Virus record (IMG/VR): IMGVR_UViG_3300046792_000272
DNA length: 20,000 nucleotides
DNA from: an uncultured virus (IMG/VR IMGVR_UViG_3300046792_000272)
Lineage: Duplodnaviria; Heunggongvirae; Uroviricota; Caudoviricetes
Reading direction: 5' to 3' (one strand)
In this document: in pieces, positions 1 to 8,374 of the stretch
How positions within the stretch are numbered: the stretch's first letter is position 1
Layout of the letters: each line of letters opens with the position of its first letter
The notes under the pieces: generated by a model
Told to the model about the DNA's origin: nothing
What the model saw: the letters and a program-made list of their open reading frames with translations, nothing else
The model's database searches: none
Made by a program: the position numbers and the translations under genes

Positions 1-422
1 TTGCAGCCGACATAGGAGAAGGGCTGCACCGTGTTGGCGGTGTCGGGGCGGCCGACCTGGATCGTCAGCGCCTTGCCGTAAGGGTCTTTGCCCGCTTTCC
101 CGATTTCGTGTTTCTGTTTGTAGGTTTTGGTTTCGGATTTTTCCGGGGTGACGACGTTGCCGTGCAGCAGGTTGAGGATTTTCCCCATCCCGGTGTCGAG
201 GAACTCCATCGAGAAGGGGCCCGCCACTGTTCGCGTGGTCGCCTTATGGAGACCCTGGGCCTGCACCTGGGCACCGGCCCGCAGGCCCTTGCTCTCGACG
301 TAGTTCTTCGTCAGTTCCAGCCCCTCGTTCTCGAAGGGCAGGAAGGTCGTCGGAGCTTTGTAGGTCCCGACCGTTTCCTCGGTCGCGATGCCGAGCTGAG
401 AGCTGATCCCTGATCTGGTCAT
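1..422 (-). CDS. Phage tail tube (major tail) protein, N-terminal part; runs off the window
   Basis: Not in the ORF track. My translation from the ATG at 422 is MTRSGISSQLGIATEETVGTYKAPTTFLPFENEGLELTKNYVESKGLRAG...LTIQVGRPDTANTVQPFSYVGC, open to the window edge. The LGIAxExTxGTY N-terminus and the position after the neck genes fit a tail tube protein. Confidence 0.8.
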   Translation of the reverse strand, partial: MTRSGISSQLGIATEETVGTYKAPTTFLPFENEGLELTKNYVESKGLRAGAQVQAQGLHKATTRTVAGPFSMEFLDTGMGKILNLLHGNVVTPEKSETKTYKQKHEIGKAGKDPYGKALTIQVGRPDTANTVQPFSYVGC

Positions 423-716
423 TTACTTCGTCTCCTTCTCGGATTCGGCGGCCTCGATCGCGTCGATGACCTCTTGCTTGTTTGCGAGCTTGTCTGGCGA
501 CTCGACACCGAGCTCGGCCGCCCTGGCCTCGAGGTCGCCGCGCTTCAGCTTGCTCAGGGCCTCCGGCTCGCCCAACACGCCGTCGACGTCGGTCCAGTCC
601 TGGTCGACCAGCTGCTTGCCGAGCTCCGGGTTGACCTCGACCGACTCGTCGCGCTCGACAACGGTTCCGTCGGGGAGCACCAGGGCCGAGGGGCCCTCTG
701 TGAATTTCACCTTCAT
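423..716 (-). CDS. Small virion-module protein with a C-terminal Rho-N/SAP/HeH-like helical domain
   Basis: 97 aa with a GGAGG RBS upstream. C-terminal LSKLKRGDLEARAAELGVESPDKLANKQEVIDAI matches the helix-extension-helix pattern. Confidence 0.7.
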   Translation of the reverse strand: MKVKFTEGPSALVLPDGTVVERDESVEVNPELGKQLVDQDWTDVDGVLGEPEALSKLKRGDLEARAAELGVESPDKLANKQEVIDAIEAAESEKETK

Positions 717-736
717 GGAAAGCCTCCTTGGGCGGG

Positions 737-1189
737 TTAGATTCGGGCTTGTGCCGTCAGCGTCAGAAAGACGCGGTGGCCGCGTACTTTGTCTGCGCGG
801 AAGTAGCGCCCGCGCCAGCGAGACAGGCGAGCTGGGAGCAGCAACAGATCGCCGAGGGTGATGTCCGCACGGATCGCCGCCTCGACGTCCGCGGCGATTT
901 CAAAGGATCGGGTGTAAGCCCCCTTCAGATCGGTGCCGTCGTGGCCCGATGACTCCACCTGGAGCTCGATCGTCAGGTCCTCCTCGAGCTGGCCGGCACC
1001 GATCGGCCCCCAATTCCGTTCGGCATCGCCGCTCTCTCCATTGGGCCCGAAGCCGACCGAGACGAACTCGGCGGGCCGGTCGTCGCCCACGGGCGGCCCC
1101 CAGATGACGGGGATGCCTTTGAGCGGTGCAGCTGCTTCCAGAGTTTTCTGCAGTTTCTCGGTGACCCGTTCGAGCGCTGAGTCGGCCAT
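737..1189 (-). CDS. Putative tail terminator / tail completion protein
   Basis: 150 aa between the adaptor and the tail tube. Carries a PAEFVSVG motif and VEAAIRADITLG, and abuts the upstream gene. Confidence 0.65.
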   Translation of the reverse strand: MADSALERVTEKLQKTLEAAAPLKGIPVIWGPPVGDDRPAEFVSVGFGPNGESGDAERNWGPIGAGQLEEDLTIELQVESSGHDGTDLKGAYTRSFEIAADVEAAIRADITLGDLLLLPARLSRWRGRYFRADKVRGHRVFLTLTAQARI

Positions 1190-2014
1190 CTAGTAGATCC
1201 CCCCGAACTGGTTGGCCTCGAGGAAGGCATTCACCTCAGGAATGGCGGTGACCATGCCCCGCACCCCCGGGGTGATCAGCGCGTAGGTCGCCTCTTCGGT
1301 GCTGTAGGCCGTGGCGCGGTCATCGAGGTTCGAGAGCCGCTTGACCGCGATATGGCGCGCCAGTAGGGCGCAGGCCCGCGCAGCCCCCGCCGGCGGGGAG
1401 GGGAAGCCGTGCTCGTAGATCGCTACGACGTTCTGCGGGGTCGTGGTGGTCCAGCCCTGTTCGCGCCAGATCACCCCGCCGGCCGGGTAGAGCCTCAGGT
1501 CCCCGATCGTCAGGGCTTCCCCTTCAAGCGACACCGACCGCAGGCTGATGACTTTCGGATGGGAGAGCCGCAGCTTCTGCACCCCACTCCCGTCGAGGGT
1601 CTCGCGGGCATAGCGGGGCCGGAAGGCAACATCGCTTTCGTCTTCGAGCAGATACTCAGCGATGTCCCGGGCGATCCTCAGTTTTTCGTCGGTGAGGACT
1701 TCGGAGCCGCTGATCTCTTCTGTGACCTGCGCGAAGGAACAGAGGCGGGCGCCGACGATCTCCTCGTAGGTGGTGAAGGTCGAAGGGCCCGCTTTCCAGG
1801 TGGCCGTGAGCCGGTCGAGGGAGCCCTGGGCGGCGAGTTCGTAAGTGGCGATCCCGTTTTCGTCGGTTTTCCCCGCTCCCGCTTCGTTGACCACCGTCGA
1901 CCCGTCGGAGTCCTTGACGATCGTGACTTTGACGGCCGTTTCTTTGGGGACAGGTCTGCCATCCGCGTCCGTGATCAGCGCACGGATATTGGTCGGGACC
2001 CCCTTGAGGACCAT
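1190..2014 (-). CDS. Head-to-tail adaptor with an N-terminal beta-rich (Ig-like) extension
   Basis: 274 aa. The C-terminal part has connector-like motifs (RYARETLDGSG, NVVAIYEHGFPSPP, IPEVNAFL). The first ~85 aa are beta-strand rich (DADGRPV...VKVTIVKDSDG...GIATYEL...LTATW). Confidence 0.7.
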   Translation of the reverse strand: MVLKGVPTNIRALITDADGRPVPKETAVKVTIVKDSDGSTVVNEAGAGKTDENGIATYELAAQGSLDRLTATWKAGPSTFTTYEEIVGARLCSFAQVTEEISGSEVLTDEKLRIARDIAEYLLEDESDVAFRPRYARETLDGSGVQKLRLSHPKVISLRSVSLEGEALTIGDLRLYPAGGVIWREQGWTTTTPQNVVAIYEHGFPSPPAGAARACALLARHIAVKRLSNLDDRATAYSTEEATYALITPGVRGMVTAIPEVNAFLEANQFGGIY

Positions 2015-2020
2015 GGATGG

Positions 2021-2314
2021 TTAGCCCTTCTTGTTTTTCGCCGCGGCCCGCTGCTTGTTTTTCGCCGCGCTGCGCTTCTTCGCCGGTTTCTTCGCCGGTT
2101 TGCGCTTCTCGGCAGGCTTCGGAGCCTTCTTCGGGCTCGCGCTGCCCTGCTTATCCGCGACCTTTGGGGCCTGCTTGTGCTCCTGCCCAGCTTCAACGAA
2201 GCCGAGCTCAGCGGCGGTGTCCAGATCCACCTCTTTCGGATACATGGCCTCCGGGTCTCCAGCAGGGACAACGGTCCCATCATCGGTGACCCAGACCAGC
2301 AGCGAGTCGCCCAT
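2021..2314 (-). CDS. Small protein with a Lys/Ala-rich basic C-terminal tail
   Basis: 97 aa with an acidic N-terminal half and a KKAPKPAEKRKPAKKPAKKRSAAKNKQRAAAKNKKG tail. Start overlaps the stop of the upstream gene. Confidence 0.7.
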   Translation of the reverse strand: MGDSLLVWVTDDGTVVPAGDPEAMYPKEVDLDTAAELGFVEAGQEHKQAPKVADKQGSASPKKAPKPAEKRKPAKKPAKKRSAAKNKQRAAAKNKKG

Positions 2315-2739
2315 CAGGCGATGTCGAGGTACTCGACGACCACCGTGAACTTGCCGGCGGTGAGGGCGGCTGTGCCGATTTTCGCCACGATGCTGCGAGC
2401 GGCGGTGGTGGTGATCGGTGTGCTGGTCGCGGTCACCGCCCCACGCTTCGGCGTCGCGGTCGACCAGGGGGCTTCCGCCACTTTTTTCGACGCCTGCACG
2501 TCGCCTTCGGACTCGGCGGTGATGAGGATCGTCGCTTCCCCGCCGGATTCCGGTTTGGTCTGGACGTGGATCAGCGTGTCGATGATCACGGCACCTTTGG
2601 GGATCGTGTCCCCGCGGAGCGTGATCGACCCGACTTCTTTGGAGTCGATGGCGCTGTCGTACTGGGCAACAGCCCGCTTCGATGTGGCGCGGCCAAGCCG
2701 CCCGACACCGAGCTTGTTGGTTTCCTCGATGACTGTCAT
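2314..2739 (-). CDS. Putative capsid decoration / minor head protein
   Basis: 141 aa, beta-rich (IPKGAVIIDTLIHV...ALTAGKFTVVVEY), directly downstream of the major capsid gene, with an AAAGGAG RBS. Confidence 0.6.
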   Translation of the reverse strand: MTVIEETNKLGVGRLGRATSKRAVAQYDSAIDSKEVGSITLRGDTIPKGAVIIDTLIHVQTKPESGGEATILITAESEGDVQASKKVAEAPWSTATPKRGAVTATSTPITTTAARSIVAKIGTAALTAGKFTVVVEYLDIA

Positions 2740-2762
2740 TCAGGGAACTCCTTTCGAGCCGG

Positions 2763-2833
2763 GACCGGCAGCTCTGCCGGTCAGGAACCGCAGCGGGGAG
2801 CCGCCCGAAGGCGACCCCCCGTTCAGCGTTCCT
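2763..2833 (-). promoter_or_regulatory. Tandem RNA hairpins after the major capsid gene
   Basis: Minus strand: AGGAAC-GC...CGGGGGGTCGCC-TTCG-GGCGGCTCCCCG...GC-G-GTTCCT (cUUCGg tetraloop), then the perfect GACCGGCA-GAGC-TGCCGGTC at 2763-2782. No U-tract. Confidence 0.6.
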
Positions 2834-4058
2834 AGATTTCGGTGACCTTGCAGAGCGCGGTGCCGCGGTAGACCACGAGCGCCACGCGGATCGAGCACCG
2901 GACCGCCTGCTTGCCTTTCACGAAGAAGTCTTCGTGAGAGTTCGAGACGAGCAGCTCGATGCCCCGGCGCGTCACCAGTTCCGTGTAGTTGGCGATGTCG
3001 CCAACCAATGCGGTGTTTTCGGTGATCGCGTCGGTCTGGACGATCGGCAGGCCCCAGATCCGTTCCGGGCCTATTTCCGAGGGGTTGCCCCAGATGTAGA
3101 TGCCCTGTTCGGTCCGGAGCAGACGGATCTGCTGCCAGTCGTTGGGGTGGATGTAGACGACGCTCGGCACGGCGCGGCCGGTGACCCGGACCTTGACCAT
3201 GCCTTTGTAGATCGCGTCGGGCGAGGGGTCCGCACCTTTGGCCTGGGTCTGGACGCCAGTGGCTTCCAGAAAGCCTTTCAGGTTCGGATTGGCCCCGTTG
3301 CCGACCAGGATCTGTTCGTCGAGCCGCTGCCTGACCATGAAGGGCAGGCGCCGGTTGATGTAGCCCTGTGCCTGGGCGACATCTTCGAGCTGCTCATCGG
3401 TGACGGGCAGGAACACCGGGATCTTGCGAACCGGGCTTTCCGCCACCGCGAGTTTGAGGGCGGCTTCCGGGAAAGCTTCCCCCTCTTTTTTCTCGGCCGC
3501 GGCGTTCGTGAAGGTCGTCTCTTCCATGAACTTCACGACCGGCATCGTTGTGCTGCCCGCGGGCACGGTGTCGATCACCTGAATCGGCCGGGTGGCCTTG
3601 TCGATGACGACTCCCGTGCGGAGCGACTCCGGTTCCCACCCTGCTCCGGTTTCGAACAGAGCCTTGGTCTCGAAGTCCTCCATCGAGATCTCGCGGCCCT
3701 TCAGCTCGCCGCCGACCTTGGACTCGATGAACTGCTCGCCGAGCGACTTCTGCTCGCCGCCGCCGTCGCCGTCCTTCTCGGGGAGGGGATGGCCGTTCTT
3801 CTCGGCGAACTCCTCGGCGTGCCGCTTGCCGCGCTCGAGCTCCGCGTACTCGTCCTCGAGCGGCTGGAGCTTCTCGCCGATCTCGGAGAGCTCGTCGTTG
3901 AGGGCTTTGATCTTCGCCGCCTTCGCAGCGTCGTCGCCCTCGATGCACTTCACCTTCGAGGTGTCGAGCTCCGGGCCGGCCTGCTCGAAGATCTCGTGGA
4001 GCTGCTTGCGCCGCTCCTCGGCCTGACCCCGAAACTCTTTCAGCTTCGCAGTGTCCAT
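2832..4058 (-). CDS. Major capsid protein, HK97 fold
   Basis: 408 aa with an N-terminal coiled-coil delta domain. Motifs AEKKEGEAFPE, VRKIPVFLPVTDEQLED, LDEQILVGNG, IHPNDW, IWGLPIVQT. AGGAG RBS. Confidence 0.95.
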   Translation of the reverse strand: MDTAKLKEFRGQAEERRKQLHEIFEQAGPELDTSKVKCIEGDDAAKAAKIKALNDELSEIGEKLQPLEDEYAELERGKRHAEEFAEKNGHPLPEKDGDGGGEQKSLGEQFIESKVGGELKGREISMEDFETKALFETGAGWEPESLRTGVVIDKATRPIQVIDTVPAGSTTMPVVKFMEETTFTNAAAEKKEGEAFPEAALKLAVAESPVRKIPVFLPVTDEQLEDVAQAQGYINRRLPFMVRQRLDEQILVGNGANPNLKGFLEATGVQTQAKGADPSPDAIYKGMVKVRVTGRAVPSVVYIHPNDWQQIRLLRTEQGIYIWGNPSEIGPERIWGLPIVQTDAITENTALVGDIANYTELVTRRGIELLVSNSHEDFFVKGKQAVRCSIRVALVVYRGTALCKVTEI

Positions 4059-4076
4059 GGTGTGGACTCCTCCTGG

Positions 4077-5054
4077 TTAGATGGACTGGGCCGCGAAGCG
4101 CAGGTACTCATGCGCGAGCGACTCAGCCTCGGTGTTCTGTGGGTCAGCCTCCGGAGTCAGGACTTCCTGCAGGCTGGTAAGGCTGGACTCGACCTCGGCC
4201 AGAAGCTCCTTGGAGCCGTTGCCGAGGCCTTTGCCCTCTTTCGCTCGCAGCGCCTTGACGTCTGCGACGCGGGTACTGAGTCCATCGACGGCGCTCTTGA
4301 CCGCTTCGATGTGACGCTTGAACTGCAAGGTCTGCCCCGACTTCGGGGTGTAGGTGGTGACACGCTCGACTTCGATCAGCTGCTCGCCGAGGGTGATTTC
4401 GTCGTCGGTCTGGGAGTAGGAGACGCTGTAGAGATCCCAGTCGGTGCCATCCCAGACTTCGTAGATGACGAAGCCGTTGTCGGTGTCGAAGTCAGCGACA
4501 TAGACGCGATTCTGTTCGCCGCCACCGCTATTGAAGCGCTCTTCGCCTGCCTCCTGGAGGTCTTCGCGGAGATCGGATTGGAGCTGCTTGGCCCCCTTCA
4601 CGGCAAGAGTGCGGGTGTCCACCCCGGCGCCGAGGATGACCGGGGAGACCTCGTGGACCTTGAGGCTCTTCAGGTAGCGGACGGACTCGCCGTCCTTGGT
4701 GCCCTTTTCGGAGTCGACCACGTCGTAGCCGTAGCTCCATTCCTGCAACTCGCCCAGCTGCTTGACGACCTCGAAGGTGTCGGCGCCGGCGGTGGTGTCG
4801 AGGAAGAACTGCCCCTTCAGCACGGCGATGTCGCCGGTCTCGGTGATCGTCCCCTTGCCGACCGGGAGCGCTCCGTCCCAGGACTTGTGGTTGTAGGCGC
4901 TGATCCGGACCTCGGCGCCATCCTCGAAGGCGCCCTTCAGGGTCACGTCGCCGTCTGAGTCCTTGACATCCAGCGTCGCGAAGATGGCTTCGACCTCGCC
5001 CTTCGTGGCGTCGGTGATCTTCAGCCCCGTGAGGGCCTTGTGCTTGCGGTCCAT
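4077..5054 (-). CDS. HK97-family prohead protease with a C-terminal extension
   Basis: Motifs DSDGDVTLKGAF, YNH (catalytic His), EWSYGY (catalytic Ser) and HEVSPVILGA. Lies between portal and capsid genes. Confidence 0.92.
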   Translation of the reverse strand: MDRKHKALTGLKITDATKGEVEAIFATLDVKDSDGDVTLKGAFEDGAEVRISAYNHKSWDGALPVGKGTITETGDIAVLKGQFFLDTTAGADTFEVVKQLGELQEWSYGYDVVDSEKGTKDGESVRYLKSLKVHEVSPVILGAGVDTRTLAVKGAKQLQSDLREDLQEAGEERFNSGGGEQNRVYVADFDTDNGFVIYEVWDGTDWDLYSVSYSQTDDEITLGEQLIEVERVTTYTPKSGQTLQFKRHIEAVKSAVDGLSTRVADVKALRAKEGKGLGNGSKELLAEVESSLTSLQEVLTPEADPQNTEAESLAHEYLRFAAQSI

Positions 5055-5066
5055 CTGGGCGTCCTC

Positions 5067-6221
5067 CTATTCGGACGGTGGCGGTGGCGGGATGACGGGG
5101 GGGAGTTCGGGCGCCTGGGGGGAGTCGAGCCCTTGAAGGTTCTCTTTGGCGCGAACATCGTCGACCGTGAGGAAGCCCGATTTGATTGCCCGTTCATAGG
5201 CTTCGTAACGCGATTTCAGGTCGGCACGGAGGAGCCCGTCGACCAGGTACTCGCAGAACAGCTTGCGGCTGGTGATGATTGCCCGGTCACGGTTGAGCGC
5301 CGACTCGATCCGTTTCAATCGGCGCTGCAGGGTGTAGGTGACGAACTGGAGATTCTCTGACTCAGTGGTTTTGTAGGTCAGCGAGTCGCCGGACTTCGTG
5401 CCGAGGCGGCCGGGCGGCACCAGGAACATCTGCGCCACCCGTTTGTCGGAGAACTCCATCTGTTCGATGAACTGGGCGTCCTCCAGCGGCATCGTCCAGG
5501 GTTTGGCCGTGATCCCTTCCTCGAGGACAGCGGTGCCGCCGCTTTTGATCGAATCCCAGTTGGCGCGGAGGCGGTCGGCAATCTCCGGTTTCAGCTTGTT
5601 CGGGTGTTCGAGCAGAACCGCGGGTTTGCCCTCGTTCTTCAGCCAGGTGCCCTGGAAGCGCTCCATTGCCTGGGTGATGCCGACCTGGTTGCGGTGCAGC
5701 TGGATCGGCGAGTAGCCCACCAGCCCGTCCATCGAGAGTGCCCGAATGTGAAGAATCTCGTTTTCGGTGTAGCGGTTGCCTTCGATCCAGAAGCCACGGG
5801 AGCCGTCTTCTTCGCGGCTCACTCTCACCCGGCTCGGCGCGATCGCCCAGAGCTGCCCCGCTACCGCTTCCAGATCGGGGTCGGGCTTCTTCCAGATGAA
5901 GGCGTTGCCCCAGAGCTCGATGTGCGAGCCGGCCAATTCCCAGAACTCGTCGGCCGCCATCTCGGGATTCGGCTGTTCATGGAGCAGATGCCAGGCGGCA
6001 TCGTCTTCGGCGGGCTTGCGGAATTGCCCCTCGCGTTCGTAGACCATCAGCGGCAAGCTGGCGATTGCCCCCGCGATCTGGCTCACGGCGTTGTAGACAG
6101 GGACCAAACCCAGGGCCCGTTCGACGCTGACCGTCTCTCCGGTGTAGGTCGTGCCGGCCCAACTCCAGCCATACTGGCGTGGCCCGTAGACCGGGCCGAA
6201 GATCGTCTGGAAGAAGCTCAT
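5067..6221 (-). CDS. Portal protein, HK97 family
   Basis: Motifs VYNAVSQIAGAIASLPL, LLHEQPNPEM, WGNAFI, EILHIR, GLVGYSPI, VLEEG, DAQFIE, LLRADLKSRY. Confidence 0.96.
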   Translation of the reverse strand: MSFFQTIFGPVYGPRQYGWSWAGTTYTGETVSVERALGLVPVYNAVSQIAGAIASLPLMVYEREGQFRKPAEDDAAWHLLHEQPNPEMAADEFWELAGSHIELWGNAFIWKKPDPDLEAVAGQLWAIAPSRVRVSREEDGSRGFWIEGNRYTENEILHIRALSMDGLVGYSPIQLHRNQVGITQAMERFQGTWLKNEGKPAVLLEHPNKLKPEIADRLRANWDSIKSGGTAVLEEGITAKPWTMPLEDAQFIEQMEFSDKRVAQMFLVPPGRLGTKSGDSLTYKTTESENLQFVTYTLQRRLKRIESALNRDRAIITSRKLFCEYLVDGLLRADLKSRYEAYERAIKSGFLTVDDVRAKENLQGLDSPQAPELPPVIPPPPPSE

Positions 6222-6382
6222 CGACGCCTACCGGCGAGGAACGGCAGGACCATGAGTACGACGCCGGCCAGGATCAGGGCGGCGGGGCCGCTCACCCGCG
6301 ACACTCCGGTCGTCAGCAAGATGAAGCCGATGCCGAACGCAATCGAGTCCGCCTCGCCGGCCAAAGCGCGAAGCGCCCTCAC
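6218..6382 (-). CDS. Small membrane protein (54 aa, two hydrophobic segments)
   Basis: GTG at 6382 overlaps the TerL stop and the TGA overlaps the portal ATG. Translation MRALRALAGEADSIAFGIGFILLTTGVSRVSGPAALILAGVVLMVLPFLAGRRR. The track ORF start at 6745 is over-extended. Confidence 0.75.
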   Translation of the reverse strand: MRALRALAGEADSIAFGIGFILLTTGVSRVSGPAALILAGVVLMVLPFLAGRRR

Positions 6383-8013
6383 AGGACCACCATGTCGCGA
6401 TCGTCGTAGACCGACCCTCGATCCAAGGCGTCCGAGTTGAAAGCAACCTCCCACGCACAGCCTGTCGCCATCACACCGTCCACCTTTCCTTTGACCTTGC
6501 CGTGCAATCGCTCGCCGTGGGGCGAGTCCTTCGTTTCGGCGGCCTGGAAGTGCGCGCGAAGTCTTTGATCGCCGTCGTTCCGCATCCGGCCTTCGCGGAT
6601 TGCCGCGAGCATCTCGGCGGTAAGCGGTCCCCAGACGCTTGAGTTCATCGACACCGAGACCATCGGCAGGCCCTCGTCCTCGAGCTGCTCGGCCGACTCG
6701 GCGAATCCGCCGAGCTTGTCGTAGCCGATCGCCATGACCGTCCACCGCTCGCAGGCGTCCCGCATCGCCTGCTTGATCTTCCAGTAGGGAACGACGCCGC
6801 TCTCTTCATCCTCCGGCACCCACATTTCGACGGGCACGACCAGGCCCCGGGGCTCTTCAGAGGAGAGGTCGAGATCCGGATCCGGATACAGGGCCTCGAG
6901 TGCAGCGTGGTCGCGATGGCGCGCATGGTCGTAGCCGAGAATCACCGTCGCCCCGTCGGGGATCTTGGCCTTGTGATCGGTGAACGGGTCCCACTCCTTC
7001 TCGACGTCGAGCCAGCGACCCTCCGGCACCGCCCATAGCCCGCAGTGATAGCGCTTCCAATCTGCGGTGGTGGTCTCCGGATCCTCGAAGACCTCCTTCA
7101 ACCCCTCGACGGTGACGAAGCTCGCTGGGTTCGCCTTCTTCACCACCGCCATGTCGGCGATGTCGGCCTTCTCTCCGACCGACCATTCGAGCATCGCGAA
7201 CTGGCCATCTTCAGAGCGGACCAGCGTGAGGCAATCCCGTGCGATCTTGTGCGCCATCCGCCGGGCTTTGTCGAGAATCCGGCCGAGCAGAGAGTCCTTG
7301 TCAGAGCCCGCCGTCGAGATGCTCAGCATCTGACCGCCGCGCTTGTTGAGGCCGCCTCGGCAGGCGGTGTAGATCGCGTTGTTGATGTGGGCGTGGAGCT
7401 CCTCGATGATCGCCAGCGTCGGGCCGATCCCCTGCAAGGAGCCGGCATCGAGTTTGTCCGAGGCCAGGACCTCGAGGGAGCCCTTGGCCTCGCCGCCGGC
7501 GAAGTGGATCGCCCGGTAGCCCGGGCGGGGGATCAGTCGCATCCGCCAGGCTTTCCGGAGGTTCACGATCCGGACCGCCTCGTTGTACATCGTCTTCGCC
7601 TGTTTGACGTTCGAGGCGCCGATGTAGACCCGCGGCGTCTCCGTCGTCAACATGTGGAAGATCGCCAGCGCCGCGAGCAGGCAGGTCTTCCCGTTGTTCT
7701 TGGGGATCAGGACCAGGACGTGTCTGACGCCGGCGAAGTGGAGAAGCAGGATCAGCTTCTGGAACCACTCCAGCTCCTGGGGGTCCCCGTCGGGGGTCGG
7801 GATATAGGCGAAGAATGTGGCGAAGCGAGCGAGCCGGACTTTCGCGCTTTTGATTCGCGTCGGCGCAAGCTTCAGATCAGAAGCCGAGAGCCTCGGAGGC
7901 GTCGGCGCCTGGGACGTCGTCGTCCGCCGGCTCGGCTTCTTTCTCGTGGCGGAGCTGCGCCGCCGGGGTGATGAGGAGCTCTTTTGCGAGGTCGAGGGCA
8001 TCGTGTTCGGCAT
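6379..8013 (-). CDS. Terminase large subunit (start uncertain)
   Basis: Adenine-binding motif LEWFQ, Walker A IPKNNGKT, Walker B IIEELH, motif III ISTAG, KKANPA, nuclease motifs LGYD and KVDGVMA. Confidence 0.95.
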   Translation of the reverse strand: MPNTMPSTSQKSSSSPRRRSSATRKKPSRRTTTSQAPTPPRLSASDLKLAPTRIKSAKVRLARFATFFAYIPTPDGDPQELEWFQKLILLLHFAGVRHVLVLIPKNNGKTCLLAALAIFHMLTTETPRVYIGASNVKQAKTMYNEAVRIVNLRKAWRMRLIPRPGYRAIHFAGGEAKGSLEVLASDKLDAGSLQGIGPTLAIIEELHAHINNAIYTACRGGLNKRGGQMLSISTAGSDKDSLLGRILDKARRMAHKIARDCLTLVRSEDGQFAMLEWSVGEKADIADMAVVKKANPASFVTVEGLKEVFEDPETTTADWKRYHCGLWAVPEGRWLDVEKEWDPFTDHKAKIPDGATVILGYDHARHRDHAALEALYPDPDLDLSSEEPRGLVVPVEMWVPEDEESGVVPYWKIKQAMRDACERWTVMAIGYDKLGGFAESAEQLEDEGLPMVSVSMNSSVWGPLTAEMLAAIREGRMRNDGDQRLRAHFQAAETKDSPHGERLHGKVKGKVDGVMATGCAWEVAFNSDALDRGSVYDDRDMVVL

Positions 8014-8374
8014 CCCGGGCGATCTTCACGACCGGGTGGACGACGGTCTGGCCAGTTGACCCCTCCGCGGTCGTCCCCTCTTGTTCCTCGGTTTCGCGAG
8101 CTTCCCGAGCGCGGGTGAGCGCCCTGATGTAGCGCTCGAGCAGCTCCGAGTAGACCTTGTTCCACAGGCCCTTCGTGCGAAGGTAGTGCTCGACGTCCTC
8201 CCAGATCCGCCGCTCGCGCCCGACGAACTCCGAGGGCATGCCGGCGGCATCGGCAATGTCGGCGGCGCGGACGTCCCCGATGATGATCCTGCCGTTCTTC
8301 CCCGAGCCCTCGACCTGCTCCAGGTCGACGCCGAGCTCATCGGCGAGTTTGAGGGCCGCAGCCGTCACCGTCAA
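7877..8374 (-). CDS. Terminase small subunit (P27-like) with an N-terminal E3-binding-like domain
   Basis: C-terminal LLERYIRAL...EG...GQTVVHPVVKI...ELLITPAAQ follows the P27-family TerS pattern. N-terminal AAALKLADELGVDLEQVEGSGKNGRIIIGDV follows the peripheral-subunit-binding domain pattern. Start is TTG 8374 or GTG 8368. Confidence 0.85.
   Translation of the reverse strand: MTVTAAALKLADELGVDLEQVEGSGKNGRIIIGDVRAADIADAAGMPSEFVGRERRIWEDVEHYLRTKGLWNKVYSELLERYIRALTRAREARETEEQEGTTAEGSTGQTVVHPVVKIARDAEHDALDLAKELLITPAAQLRHEKEAEPADDDVPGADASEALGF

Noticed and set aside
2740..2834. Readthrough or frameshift fusing the capsid to the decoration protein
   Set aside because: Readthrough meets TGA at the third codon, and the downstream frame has a TGA immediately before its ATG.
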